A stretch of 64,000 nt of DNA from Macrostomum lignano. Its lineage: Eukaryota. A program made the translations under genes and the position numbers. Location: contig NIVC01002829.1 in the NCBI GenBank assembly GCA_002269645.1, positions 29,794 to 93,793 of the forward strand. Reading direction: 5' to 3'. The notes under the pieces are model-generated. The model was not told where the DNA came from. It made no database searches and worked only from the letters and a program-made list of their open reading frames with translations. This document shows, piece by piece, positions 47,433 to 56,317 of the stretch. Position 1 is the stretch's first letter. Every line of letters starts with the position of its first letter.

Positions 47433-48719
47433 TTAAACTTTACTGGATGAATTGTTGATCATGTTAAGCTTCACCTTCCTCTCAAATGCATAGATAATGT
47501 ACAGGTCCACGGGTGTTGCGACAGTCCTCTCAATGTTAGTCACGATATTCACAGGGCTGTTATCAGTAGGCATTTGTCTGGCAGACACATCAGCGCCAAA
47601 CATCGGATATAGAGTTCCATATTGAAGAGCAGTGATAGCAATTCCATTGTTCTCTTTCACAGCCAAGTCGACCAACTCGCTATAAAATTTGCTAATCTTG
47701 TTCTGACTGAAATCTCCATTTTGTGGCAGTGCAGGGTAAAGATTATCACTGATTTCATGCTGAATGGACCGCACGTCTCCATGCATGTAGCGTATAATGC
47801 TATTTGGGTTTCTCATATTAATAATGATATACCTTGGATTGCTGCATGATCCCTCTTTAATGCAGATGTTTGTTCTAGTTTCGTTTCGCTCATCTCGACA
47901 CATGTAGGCCGTGTATGCAACATCAATGTCCTTCTCTATTGCCTTAAGATAATCAGCTTTTAGTGCAGTCTTTGGCTCAATGACTTCCAAATACAGCTCG
48001 ATTCCGGTTAGCTTCACCTCCATCCTTGTGTGGTCCGCCCCAGTCCACAACACTCTACTGCGATCATCTCTAGTCATCCTAAAGGTGTAGCTAAAGTTAC
48101 TAGTCAGTCGATTAAATGTATTACAGAATCCACTCATGAATCTCAGTGGTACAAATACATCAACAGACCGATACAGCGGGTTTTTAGCAGCATCATCAGC
48201 ACCTTGCAATGCATAGTTGTATCTCTTCTTCCTATTTTTATAACCACTGTCATTGATATCTCCTTCTTTTTCGTCTGCAATAAAACCCGCACCACTTCCC
48301 AATTGAATAAAATCAGGATTCTCGATTAAACAATGAGCGTCATAGACAATTCCAAAGTTGGCGATTCGCTCCAACTCAGTGCTCCCATTCGATACACTAA
48401 ACTCCTTGAACATGTACGCCCAAAAGTTACTGATCAGAGCCACATCCGCATCATGCTTGTCAACGTTAGCACGAGCCGCATCCGCACCACCCTTTGTCTT
48501 GAATTGAAATGTCATATGGAAGCCGCTCTTAAGACTGTGCACACTAACCAAAGACGAACATCCATTGTATGTAAATGTCAGTGTTTGACCAGGACCAAGA
48601 TTAGTTTCATTCTGATTTTCCTGACTGGGAACTCTTACCTGAGTCGCTTTGATTGTGCTATTATCACTCAAAATAGGCTTGTTAATCTTGTAGAAAACTG
48701 GTGTCAGTGGGTCGTTCAT
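47433..48719 (-). CDS. Polinton major capsid protein (double jelly roll), copy 1, 428 aa
   Basis: ELERI.NFG, VPL..MSGFC..F, PRYIII, YPMF..DVS resemble Polinton capsid motifs; size and context fit. Confidence 0.78.
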   Translation of the reverse strand: MNDPLTPVFYKINKPILSDNSTIKATQVRVPSQENQNETNLGPGQTLTFTYNGCSSLVSVHSLKSGFHMTFQFKTKGGADAARANVDKHDADVALISNFWAYMFKEFSVSNGSTELERIANFGIVYDAHCLIENPDFIQLGSGAGFIADEKEGDINDSGYKNRKKRYNYALQGADDAAKNPLYRSVDVFVPLRFMSGFCNTFNRLTSNFSYTFRMTRDDRSRVLWTGADHTRMEVKLTGIELYLEVIEPKTALKADYLKAIEKDIDVAYTAYMCRDERNETRTNICIKEGSCSNPRYIIINMRNPNSIIRYMHGDVRSIQHEISDNLYPALPQNGDFSQNKISKFYSELVDLAVKENNGIAITALQYGTLYPMFGADVSARQMPTDNSPVNIVTNIERTVATPVDLYIIYAFERKVKLNMINNSSSKV

Positions 48720-48749
48720 TTTTTAACTAAAAATAAAATAAAATAAGAA

Positions 48750-49979
48750 ATGAAGCGAAAAAGTACACAGCAGATATCTGAATTGGAGAAGCTAGCACAA
48801 GCAGAGAAACGAGTTACCGGGCTAATAAATAAGGAGCAACAATCCTACAATGAGTTTGTCCAAGCAGCCACAGAGTTTCATAAGCCCGGGTATGGAGAAG
48901 CTAAGAAAAATATTGATCAGGTCAAAGAAACTATCGACGACATACAGGAAACCCAGGTGCAAAAGGCCTTGGGCAAAATTCCAGAAGCACCACAGATACA
49001 GCCGCAACCACAGACACAACCGCAACCACAACAATCACAACCACAACAATCACAACCACAACAACAGCAACTAAAAGTGACAGATAACATTTTTGGACCA
49101 GTAGAGCGTGTAGAACATGATGGGAAATATGTATTTGGAATAAGTGTGTGGAGAAGAAACATTTATAATGAACCAGTGGAATATTATATCGACATAAATA
49201 AGAAACATATTTCTGTTGTTAAAGGCTCGGAAACTAAGAGCATTCCTTTCACAGAAACCTTACTGAATTTTATGACCAAGAACCAAGAGAGAATCTCGGA
49301 CAAACAGCTAAATAACTATAGAGATCTAGTGACTTTTGCTCTTGCTAGAGATATAGAAATACTAAAGGCCCCAGAAGTCCTGAGACTTATGTATGATAAC
49401 GGTGTCAACCTGACTAGATTCAAAAAGTACAAACACTTTAAACAATGGTTCGGTTTGCCAGATCAGGCGGAAGTCATAAAATATCTAGAACAACCACAAC
49501 AACAACAACGACCGCCACAACAGCAGCAACATTTCACAGAAGAACAAGTACTCAGTCAACTCGAGCAGTTAGACCCTTTGAAAGTAGCTGAATATAAGAA
49601 ACAAAACCCAACAGACTGGCAACGCTTAGAACAACACTCTCCAGATCGAATGAACAGAATCAAGCAAAGAGTTTTCACACCTCAACAAAGACAGGCACCA
49701 CATGACAGTTCCATCTCTGAAAGTGAGCAGTCTTTTGCATCACCTCCCCAGCAGCTACAAGCCCAACCAACTCCACAACCCCAAGACCAACCGCCCTCAA
49801 CTGGAAAAGGAATTTCTGAAATCTACAAGCGAGTAGCGGTTCTTCTAGGAGCGGCAAAGACCGGAATGAAAGATGAAAATAGAAAAGAATTTGTCAACAT
49901 CCTCAATAAAATGCTTGAGAGAAAATACATCGATAAGAGGGCGAGAGAGCTTCTGCTTTCGCGGTTCAACAAAAAATAA
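48750..49979 (+). CDS. Polinton 409-aa Gln-rich protein with a TGKG motif and C-terminal helical domain, copy 1
   Basis: Intact ORF. C-terminal RVAVLLGA.KTG..EF.NI...ML..I resembles a recurrent Polinton ORF. Confidence 0.7.
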   Translation: MKRKSTQQISELEKLAQAEKRVTGLINKEQQSYNEFVQAATEFHKPGYGEAKKNIDQVKETIDDIQETQVQKALGKIPEAPQIQPQPQTQPQPQQSQPQQSQPQQQQLKVTDNIFGPVERVEHDGKYVFGISVWRRNIYNEPVEYYIDINKKHISVVKGSETKSIPFTETLLNFMTKNQERISDKQLNNYRDLVTFALARDIEILKAPEVLRLMYDNGVNLTRFKKYKHFKQWFGLPDQAEVIKYLEQPQQQQRPPQQQQHFTEEQVLSQLEQLDPLKVAEYKKQNPTDWQRLEQHSPDRMNRIKQRVFTPQQRQAPHDSSISESEQSFASPPQQLQAQPTPQPQDQPPSTGKGISEIYKRVAVLLGAAKTGMKDENRKEFVNILNKMLERKYIDKRARELLLSRFNKK

Positions 49980-49996
49980 ATATCTATTTAAAAAAG

Positions 49997-50386
49997 ATGC
50001 CAATTATTTTCGAAAAAGACATTGACAAATACTATGACAAAGAGGAACTTAATCTTATTAAACGCGGATCTGGACTTTTCCCTGCAGGCCACTATCCAAG
50101 AAAAGAACGCTCTGGGAATGGCCTTGCTGATTTGATCGCTCAAGGGGCCAAGATTTTTAAGGTCATTGGAGAGAACAAAGAGAACATCAAGAACGTTGCC
50201 GAAGCGGCTGGCAGTGTAGCCACAGCAGCCAAAAAGATAAAGGATACTGTAACACCTAAACAAGAGATTCAGCCTCCACTGGCCCCGCTGGCTCCATTGG
50301 CCCCAAATCCAGACAGTGTGGACCCTGCAGTCTATGAGAAGATGAGGGCTAGCATTAAAAAAGGAAGTGGTTTCAAATTTGACTAA
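49997..50386 (+). CDS. Polinton 129-aa GxG-motif protein with an amphipathic helix (candidate core or membrane-lytic precursor), copy 1
   Basis: KRGSG, SGNG and KKGSG motifs; helix GLADLIAQGAKIFKVIG. Confidence 0.68.
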   Translation: MPIIFEKDIDKYYDKEELNLIKRGSGLFPAGHYPRKERSGNGLADLIAQGAKIFKVIGENKENIKNVAEAAGSVATAAKKIKDTVTPKQEIQPPLAPLAPLAPNPDSVDPAVYEKMRASIKKGSGFKFD

Positions 50387-50414
50387 AGGGTACTTTCCGA
50401 GGGTACAAGACTAG

Positions 50415-50560
50415 TCCCGAAATGACACATCTAAGTCTCAAAATGACACATCTAAGTCCCGAAATGACACATCTAAGTCCCGAAATGACACAATTAAGTA
50501 CCAAAATGACACATCTAAGTCCCAAAATGACACATCTAAGTCCCGAAATGACACATCTAC
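50415..50560. repeat. 21-bp internal minisatellite (AAATGACACATCTAAGTCCCG)n upstream of the ATPase; shorter version at ~57965-58070
   Basis: Direct reading. Confidence 0.88.
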
Positions 50561-50598
50561 ATTATTTATTATTTAAATTTTTTTTCATCATAGAAAAA

Positions 50599-51399
50599 AT
50601 GGACTTTTCAAACGACTTCAATCCTCACTGGACACGTAATCAGATTAAGTTTTCTCATCATGAGTCAATCCCAAGTCACTTCAGATGCATTGTTGTTGGT
50701 TCATCAGGTTCAGGTAAAACATTCAGAGTCTTTAACATGCTTCTTAGACCTGGCTTTATCGACTATGACACTCTGCACATCTACTCTCCCACACTGTATC
50801 AAGATGAGTATAAAATGCTGATTTCTGGATTGCAAAACAAACTGAACAAAGAGGACATTATTCAATGTTTTAATAACCAACAAATCCTTCCCAGCAACCC
50901 AGAAATTGTAGCTGCTGAATATGCAAAGCACCTCAAAGACAATGAAAAATGGCAGAACATTAAAGTGTTCACCTATGGAGATCCACAGGCTGATCCAAAG
51001 ACCAAACTTCTACCCCAACCAGATGAGCTAGAAAAGGGGAGAAAGCATTTGATCGTCTTTGATGATTGTATGACAGGCCCACAGAAGCAGATAGAAAACT
51101 ATTTTACAAGAGGGCGACATAACAATTGTAATGTAATTTACATTGCACAGAACTGGTTCGAGCTCCCGAACAAAACAATTCGTGGGAACTGCAATCTGAT
51201 TCTCCTGTTTCCAACCATTCCACAGGACAGGTTAAAAAGATTTTACAATGAGGTCATTGCGCCTGCCTATTTCATAAATCCAACAAAAAACTCAAGCAGA
51301 AAGATTTCACAAGAGGAATTCGTTAATCTTTGCTATGACAAGTGGAATCAGCCTTACCAGTTTGTGATTATCAGCAAAGAAAAAAGAACTGTAATTTAA
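50599..51399 (+). CDS. A32-like (FtsK-HerA) genome packaging ATPase, copy 1, 266 aa
   Basis: Walker A GSSGSGKT, Walker B LIVFDD, FTRGRHNNCNVIYIAQ. Likely true ATG 50599 (MDFSND). Confidence 0.93.
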   Translation: MDFSNDFNPHWTRNQIKFSHHESIPSHFRCIVVGSSGSGKTFRVFNMLLRPGFIDYDTLHIYSPTLYQDEYKMLISGLQNKLNKEDIIQCFNNQQILPSNPEIVAAEYAKHLKDNEKWQNIKVFTYGDPQADPKTKLLPQPDELEKGRKHLIVFDDCMTGPQKQIENYFTRGRHNNCNVIYIAQNWFELPNKTIRGNCNLILLFPTIPQDRLKRFYNEVIAPAYFINPTKNSSRKISQEEFVNLCYDKWNQPYQFVIISKEKRTVI

Positions 51400-51415
51400 A
51401 ATTTGCTATTAAAAG

Positions 51416-52234
51416 ATGTCGATAAACTTTGCAGGTGAATCCATTTCTGGCAACAGCGCTCTTACATCAGCTCAGATATCCATCCTTGACAGGCGATATA
51501 TCAACAGCGACGAAAAGATCCCAGAGATCAAACTGAATAAAAACAGACTGAAAGCCCTAGAGCGCTCTATGCACCAGTTGCAAATAAACATGGAAGATCT
51601 CAGGCTTAAAGTAGCCAGGCAGAAGTTTGAAAGTGATAAGCTTTATATGCCGTTGTTAAACGAAACTAATGAACTTAGGTCAGAAATAACTTCGATAGTC
51701 TCGCTAATCAACGGCTTGAGATCATCAGTTAATCTTCTGGGAAATTCCACTGATAGACGGATGCGTATTCTCGAAGGAGGAGTTTTCGCAAACACAGCTA
51801 AAGTAAATAATTTAGAAGAGTTCATGAACCAGTCAACAGCGTTGCATGATAGAATTAAAGAAAACGTCGCAACCAACACAGTTAAAGTCAATAATTTAGA
51901 AGAGTTCATGACTCAGTCAACATCGTTGCATGATCGAATCAAAGAAAGACTTGAAGCATTAAAGAGAAAGGATGTATCACACAGTAGCTATCTAAACGGA
52001 ATGTATAGCTCCTGGGGTAAAATACTAAGGAGGCTTGATCGTCTGGAGAGAACACTCAATCTTCGTGACATTGCTATTGATGAAGCAGAATCTGCTGCTC
52101 GTCCGGTCATGTCTACAGATCGAGTAGAAGGAGCTCTGGACCCCGCCGGAGTAATCCGGCACGCTCTCAAACGTCAGCCGCCCAGCCGCTGCCTGCTGGA
52201 CTCGCGATCCTCCGGCGTCACGAGAGCCGCCTAG
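51416..52234 (+). CDS. Coiled-coil protein (candidate fibre/spike), copy 1, 272 aa
   Basis: Heptad pattern with an exact 28-aa (84-nt) tandem repeat at 51791 and 51875. Confidence 0.65.
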   Translation: MSINFAGESISGNSALTSAQISILDRRYINSDEKIPEIKLNKNRLKALERSMHQLQINMEDLRLKVARQKFESDKLYMPLLNETNELRSEITSIVSLINGLRSSVNLLGNSTDRRMRILEGGVFANTAKVNNLEEFMNQSTALHDRIKENVATNTVKVNNLEEFMTQSTSLHDRIKERLEALKRKDVSHSSYLNGMYSSWGKILRRLDRLERTLNLRDIAIDEAESAARPVMSTDRVEGALDPAGVIRHALKRQPPSRCLLDSRSSGVTRAA

Positions 52235-52401
52235 ACAACCGGCGGTGCAGATGGAATTATCAAAAAGAAAACAGATCTTTCAACCGGATAGTTTTATAAT
52301 TTTTTTATTATTTTTTCTAGAGAAAAAAAATGGCCTAACAAAATTCTCTATACGATCAGTCTCAATACGTTGAACCTAAAATACCGACAGCACCAAACTC
52401 A

Positions 52402-53043
52402 ATGGCACCGAATTCGAACACACAAAACCTGGCACCGAATCTGAATGCACCTCAATATTCAGACCGACTTTACCCCGTCATTACTTGTAACTCTCAGCAG
52501 TTTCGACTGGTGGAGATTCAAAAAATGCGAGATGATCTTGAAAAAAATATTTTCCACAACACAAAGAAAATTAAACGCTATGAAAGCCACTGTAAATTTT
52601 TCGACTACAGCAATATGATTCTAGGATCTGTGTCTGTTCTATCTGGATCTGCTGCAGCTGTCTCAACGTTGCCAGTCATCACAGCCCCAATCGCAATCCC
52701 GCTCGGCTCTGTGGGTGCTGCATGTGGACTTATTTCAGCAATTACTGGAGCAGTAGCGCGAAACAGGCGAAAAAAACTAAAGCAGCTACAGGAGAAGCAA
52801 GTAAAAGAGAAAGGGGTGCACACTTCAATCATAGGGTACATTTCAAGGGCAATCGATGATAAGTTCATTTCAGAGGATGAGTTCAAAACCATTCAGGATC
52901 TTTATGAACAATCAATTCGAATGAACTTGAACATGGTCGGTACTGATGACATGAGTCAGCTGAGAAATGAACTCGAGAAAGTTCTTCAACATTATGTGGA
53001 AAGAAGGACAACGAGAAGGACAACGAGAAATACACCACAATGA
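52402..53043 (+). CDS. Two-TM helical-hairpin protein, copy 1; the upstream in-frame ATG 52330 is blocked by TAA at codon 3
   Basis: Hydrophobic hairpin ILGSVSVLSGSAAAVS..IAIPLGSVGAACGLISAITGAV, then basic RNRRKKLK. Near-identical to 59775..60434 except at the N-terminus. Confidence 0.72.
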   Translation: MAPNSNTQNLAPNLNAPQYSDRLYPVITCNSQQFRLVEIQKMRDDLEKNIFHNTKKIKRYESHCKFFDYSNMILGSVSVLSGSAAAVSTLPVITAPIAIPLGSVGAACGLISAITGAVARNRRKKLKQLQEKQVKEKGVHTSIIGYISRAIDDKFISEDEFKTIQDLYEQSIRMNLNMVGTDDMSQLRNELEKVLQHYVERRTTRRTTRNTPQ

Positions 53044-53047
53044 ACCC

Positions 53048-53359
53048 CTATGAAACACAGCCAAGAATAATTTCCTTGTAGGTCTTTCGTGTTTTGGTCA
53101 TTGCATACAAAACAGTCATGCACAGCTCACCGCAAATATCACTGCTAAGACCTTGGAGAATAAAGTCTGAGCGATAAATTTTTTTATTATTTTTCCCCTT
53201 CATATAATTTCTTAGCTCTTCTGGTACTGCCGTTCCATAGCTATCGAAGTAATAACACTTGTGCTTGCGATCGGGATCAATCACCCAGCAAACCCAATGA
53301 GATCCTGGCTTATCGGTGGTGTCAAAGTTCATGATGCCGCATTCCTTTCTTAGAGGAAA
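53048..53359 (-). pseudogene. 5'-truncated adenain-like protease at the tandem junction
   Basis: Near-identical to the 3' part of 60438..60839; the first ~30 codons are replaced by terminal-region sequence. Confidence 0.88.
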
Positions 53360-53860
53360 GTAGAAGGCATGAGGGGGCTTCTGGGACAAAATTTTTCACA
53401 TCCTCCATAATCCCATTAAATCCATCCATATTATCCCCGACAGAATCAGAAAAAAAGGGGGGTCGCACTCGCTCACAAAACGTCCTCCATAATCCTATTA
53501 AATCCATCCATATTATCCCTGACAGAATCAGAGCATAACAGGTGTCCTAGTTGCTCCGAAAACTTCGAACATAATCCCATTAAATCCATCCATATTATCC
53601 CTGAATCAGAGCATAACAGGTGTCGCACTCACTTACAAAACTTCGAACATAATCCTCCTAACCTATCCTCCTTCCTCCACGACAGAATCAGAGCATAGCA
53701 GGTGTCCTACATAATCCACTGACATCCACCCATAGCATCTTCGAAACAATCAGAAAACAATCTGTATTCTTCTCCACACATTCAATTCGCAATTCGCAAC
53801 GCATCCCAAAGACTTTGAATCCCCTAACCCAGGGTCCTTACCCTTTGAAAAAAAATTAAA
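53357..53860. repeat. Internal, terminus-less copy of the left terminal region (matches from 45767 onward)
   Basis: AAAGTAGAAGGCATGAGGGGGCTTCTGGGACAAAATTTTTCAC matches 45767 ff.; the subterminal repeats are rearranged. Confidence 0.88.
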
Positions 53861-53872
53861 TTTTCTCTAAAA

Positions 53873-54112
53873 ATGTTTCCAGTTGTCTCTCCAGGTTCTT
53901 ATTACAAAGCGCACGAGCCTAATTACAAGAGTAAGTACCGATGCAAACTTGAATGCAGCGAGTACATGAGAAAATATTGGCCCGACGTTGATATCAATGT
54001 CCCTAATATTAATCTAGCTCTCCAAAGACACTGGTTTCATAAGTATGGAGTAACCTATGTAAAAGATTACGACAGCTACTATAACTTTGTAGAAATCATT
54101 AGACAATTGTGA
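53873..54112 (+). CDS. Polinton 79-aa hypothetical protein, copy 2
   Basis: Duplicate of 46301..46540. Confidence 0.6.
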   Translation: MFPVVSPGSYYKAHEPNYKSKYRCKLECSEYMRKYWPDVDINVPNINLALQRHWFHKYGVTYVKDYDSYYNFVEIIRQL

Positions 54113-54116
54113 TTTC

Positions 54117-54980
54117 TTACATTCTCTCAATGATCAACGTCAGTACAAACTCTTCACCGTTGAAATCAACACCCATCCCATCTTCAGTCTCAAACTGTAG
54201 CACAATCTCGTGAATCTCCTTATTACTCAATACAACTCTTTTCACTGGATTTGGTTTCTCTACCACCATCTGTCCTCCAGCAACAGAGTTGGAGATGTTG
54301 TACAAAATATTCGTTCGCTTTCCCTTAAATACCCAATCAAGACTGAGATTGCTTCTGATTAGAATATTCAAACCCTTTACAATGTCTGCAATATTGGGTG
54401 CTAAGAACAAACCGCTTACATTTTCCCGGGCCATTTTAACGGTCCCCGATGCTTGAGTGGCGGTCCGCGCCGCGGATTCTGCCTTATAAACTTTCTTCTC
54501 GAATCCCAGTTCCCTATACCAAGTGTCATCTTTAAACTCAACCTCCGCATCTTTGTGAACTTGCATGACCACTCTCATTACAGTGAGATCATAGGTTAGT
54601 TTAACAGGGAACAGTTTCTTCTCTGGCTTACTCATATCAGGTGTCTCAAAATGGCCTCTTTTAGTAAAGACGTTTTCTAGAAAGTAATTGTAGGTATCCA
54701 CACTTTGCGTGCTCACAGGGAATACCACAGGTTCTGCTGCTGCACCTTTCCATTTGTAATAAAACTTATTATTTGCTGCCGTCACATTGGGAACGTTTGA
54801 CCAACCAGTGAAGTCGTTAAGATAGACATGGTAATTAGCACCTGGATCCAGGCTAATCGCCTGCTCTAATTTTTGAACAAATATCCCGTTTGAGTCATTA
54901 ATCCGCCCAGTTATTGTAATAGGAATGCTCTCCTTGGAGTGCGAAATAATATTGTTTAGTCTTTCGGCTATAGCTTCCAT
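54117..54980 (-). CDS. Polinton minor capsid (penton) protein, copy 2
   Basis: Duplicate of 46545..47408; intact. Confidence 0.75.
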   Translation of the reverse strand: MEAIAERLNNIISHSKESIPITITGRINDSNGIFVQKLEQAISLDPGANYHVYLNDFTGWSNVPNVTAANNKFYYKWKGAAAEPVVFPVSTQSVDTYNYFLENVFTKRGHFETPDMSKPEKKLFPVKLTYDLTVMRVVMQVHKDAEVEFKDDTWYRELGFEKKVYKAESAARTATQASGTVKMARENVSGLFLAPNIADIVKGLNILIRSNLSLDWVFKGKRTNILYNISNSVAGGQMVVEKPNPVKRVVLSNKEIHEIVLQFETEDGMGVDFNGEEFVLTLIIERM

Positions 54981-55000
54981 TTTTTGTCCTAAAAAAATAT

Positions 55001-56287
55001 TTAAACTTTACTGGATGAATTGTTGATCATGTTAAGCTTCACCTTCCTCTCAAATGCATAGATAATGTACAGGTCCACGGGTGTTGCGACAGTCCTCTCA
55101 ATGTTAGTCACGATATTCACAGGGCTGTTATCAGTAGGCATTTGTCTGGCAGACACATCAGCGCCAAACATTGGATATAGAGTTCCATATTGAAGAGCAG
55201 TGATAGCAATTCCATTGTTCTCTTTCACAGCCAAGTCGACCAACTCGCTGTAAAATTTGCTAATCTTGTTCTGACTGAAATCTCCATTTTGTGGCAGTGC
55301 AGGGTAAAGATTATCACTGATTTCATGCTGAATGGACCGCACGTCTCCATGCATGTAGCGTATAATGCTATTTGGGTTTCTCATGTTAATAATAATATAC
55401 CTTGGATTGCTGCATGATCCCTCTTTAATGCAGATGTTTGTTCTAGTTTCGTTTCGCTCATCTCGACACATGTAGGCCGTGTATGCAACATCAATGTCCT
55501 TCTCTATTGCCTTAAGATAATCCGCTTTTAGTGCAGTCTTTGGCTCAATGACTTCCAAATACAGCTCGATTCCGGTTAGCTTCACCTCCATCCTTGTGTG
55601 GTCCGCCCCAGTCCACAACACTCTACTGCGATCATCTCTAGTCATCCTAAAGGTGTAGCTAAAGTTACTAGTCAGTCGATTAAATGTATTACAGAATCCA
55701 CTCATGAATCTCAGTGGTACAAATACATCAACAGACCGATACAGCGGGTTTTTAGCAGCATCATCTGCACCTTGCAATGCATAGTTGTATCTCTTCTTCC
55801 TCTTTTTATAGCCACTGTCATTGGTGTCTCCTTCTTTTTCATCTGCGATAAAACCCGCACCACTTCCCAACTGAATAAAATCAGGATTCTCGATCAAACA
55901 ATGAGCGTCATAGACAATTCCAAAGTTGGCGATTCGCTCCAACTCAGTGCTCCCATTCGATACACTAAACTCCTTGAACATGTACGCCCAAAAGTTACTG
56001 ATCAGAGCCACATCCGCATCATGCTTGTCAACGTTAGCACGAGCCGCATCCGCACCACCCTTTGTCTTGAATTGAAATGTCATATGGAAGCCGCTCTTAA
56101 GACTGTGCACACTAACCAAAGACGAACATCCATTGTATGTAAATGTCAGTGTTTGGCCAGGACCAAGATTAGTTTCATTCTGATTTTCCTGACTGGGAAC
56201 TCTTACCTGAGTCGCTTTGATTGTGCTATCATCACTCAAAATAGGCTTGTTAATTTTGTAGAAAACTGGTGTCAGTGGGTCGTTCAT
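55001..56287 (-). CDS. Polinton major capsid protein, copy 2
   Basis: Intact 428 aa with 3 amino-acid differences from copy 1. Confidence 0.78.
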   Translation of the reverse strand: MNDPLTPVFYKINKPILSDDSTIKATQVRVPSQENQNETNLGPGQTLTFTYNGCSSLVSVHSLKSGFHMTFQFKTKGGADAARANVDKHDADVALISNFWAYMFKEFSVSNGSTELERIANFGIVYDAHCLIENPDFIQLGSGAGFIADEKEGDTNDSGYKKRKKRYNYALQGADDAAKNPLYRSVDVFVPLRFMSGFCNTFNRLTSNFSYTFRMTRDDRSRVLWTGADHTRMEVKLTGIELYLEVIEPKTALKADYLKAIEKDIDVAYTAYMCRDERNETRTNICIKEGSCSNPRYIIINMRNPNSIIRYMHGDVRSIQHEISDNLYPALPQNGDFSQNKISKFYSELVDLAVKENNGIAITALQYGTLYPMFGADVSARQMPTDNSPVNIVTNIERTVATPVDLYIIYAFERKVKLNMINNSSSKV

Positions 56288-56317
56288 TTTTTAACTAAAA
56301 ATAAAATAAAATAAGAA

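Noticed and set aside
55598-56314. 238-aa ORF antisense to the major capsid gene
   Set aside because: Broken by a TAA in copy 1 (48330-48332) caused by a change that is synonymous in the capsid frame, so selection acts on the capsid strand.
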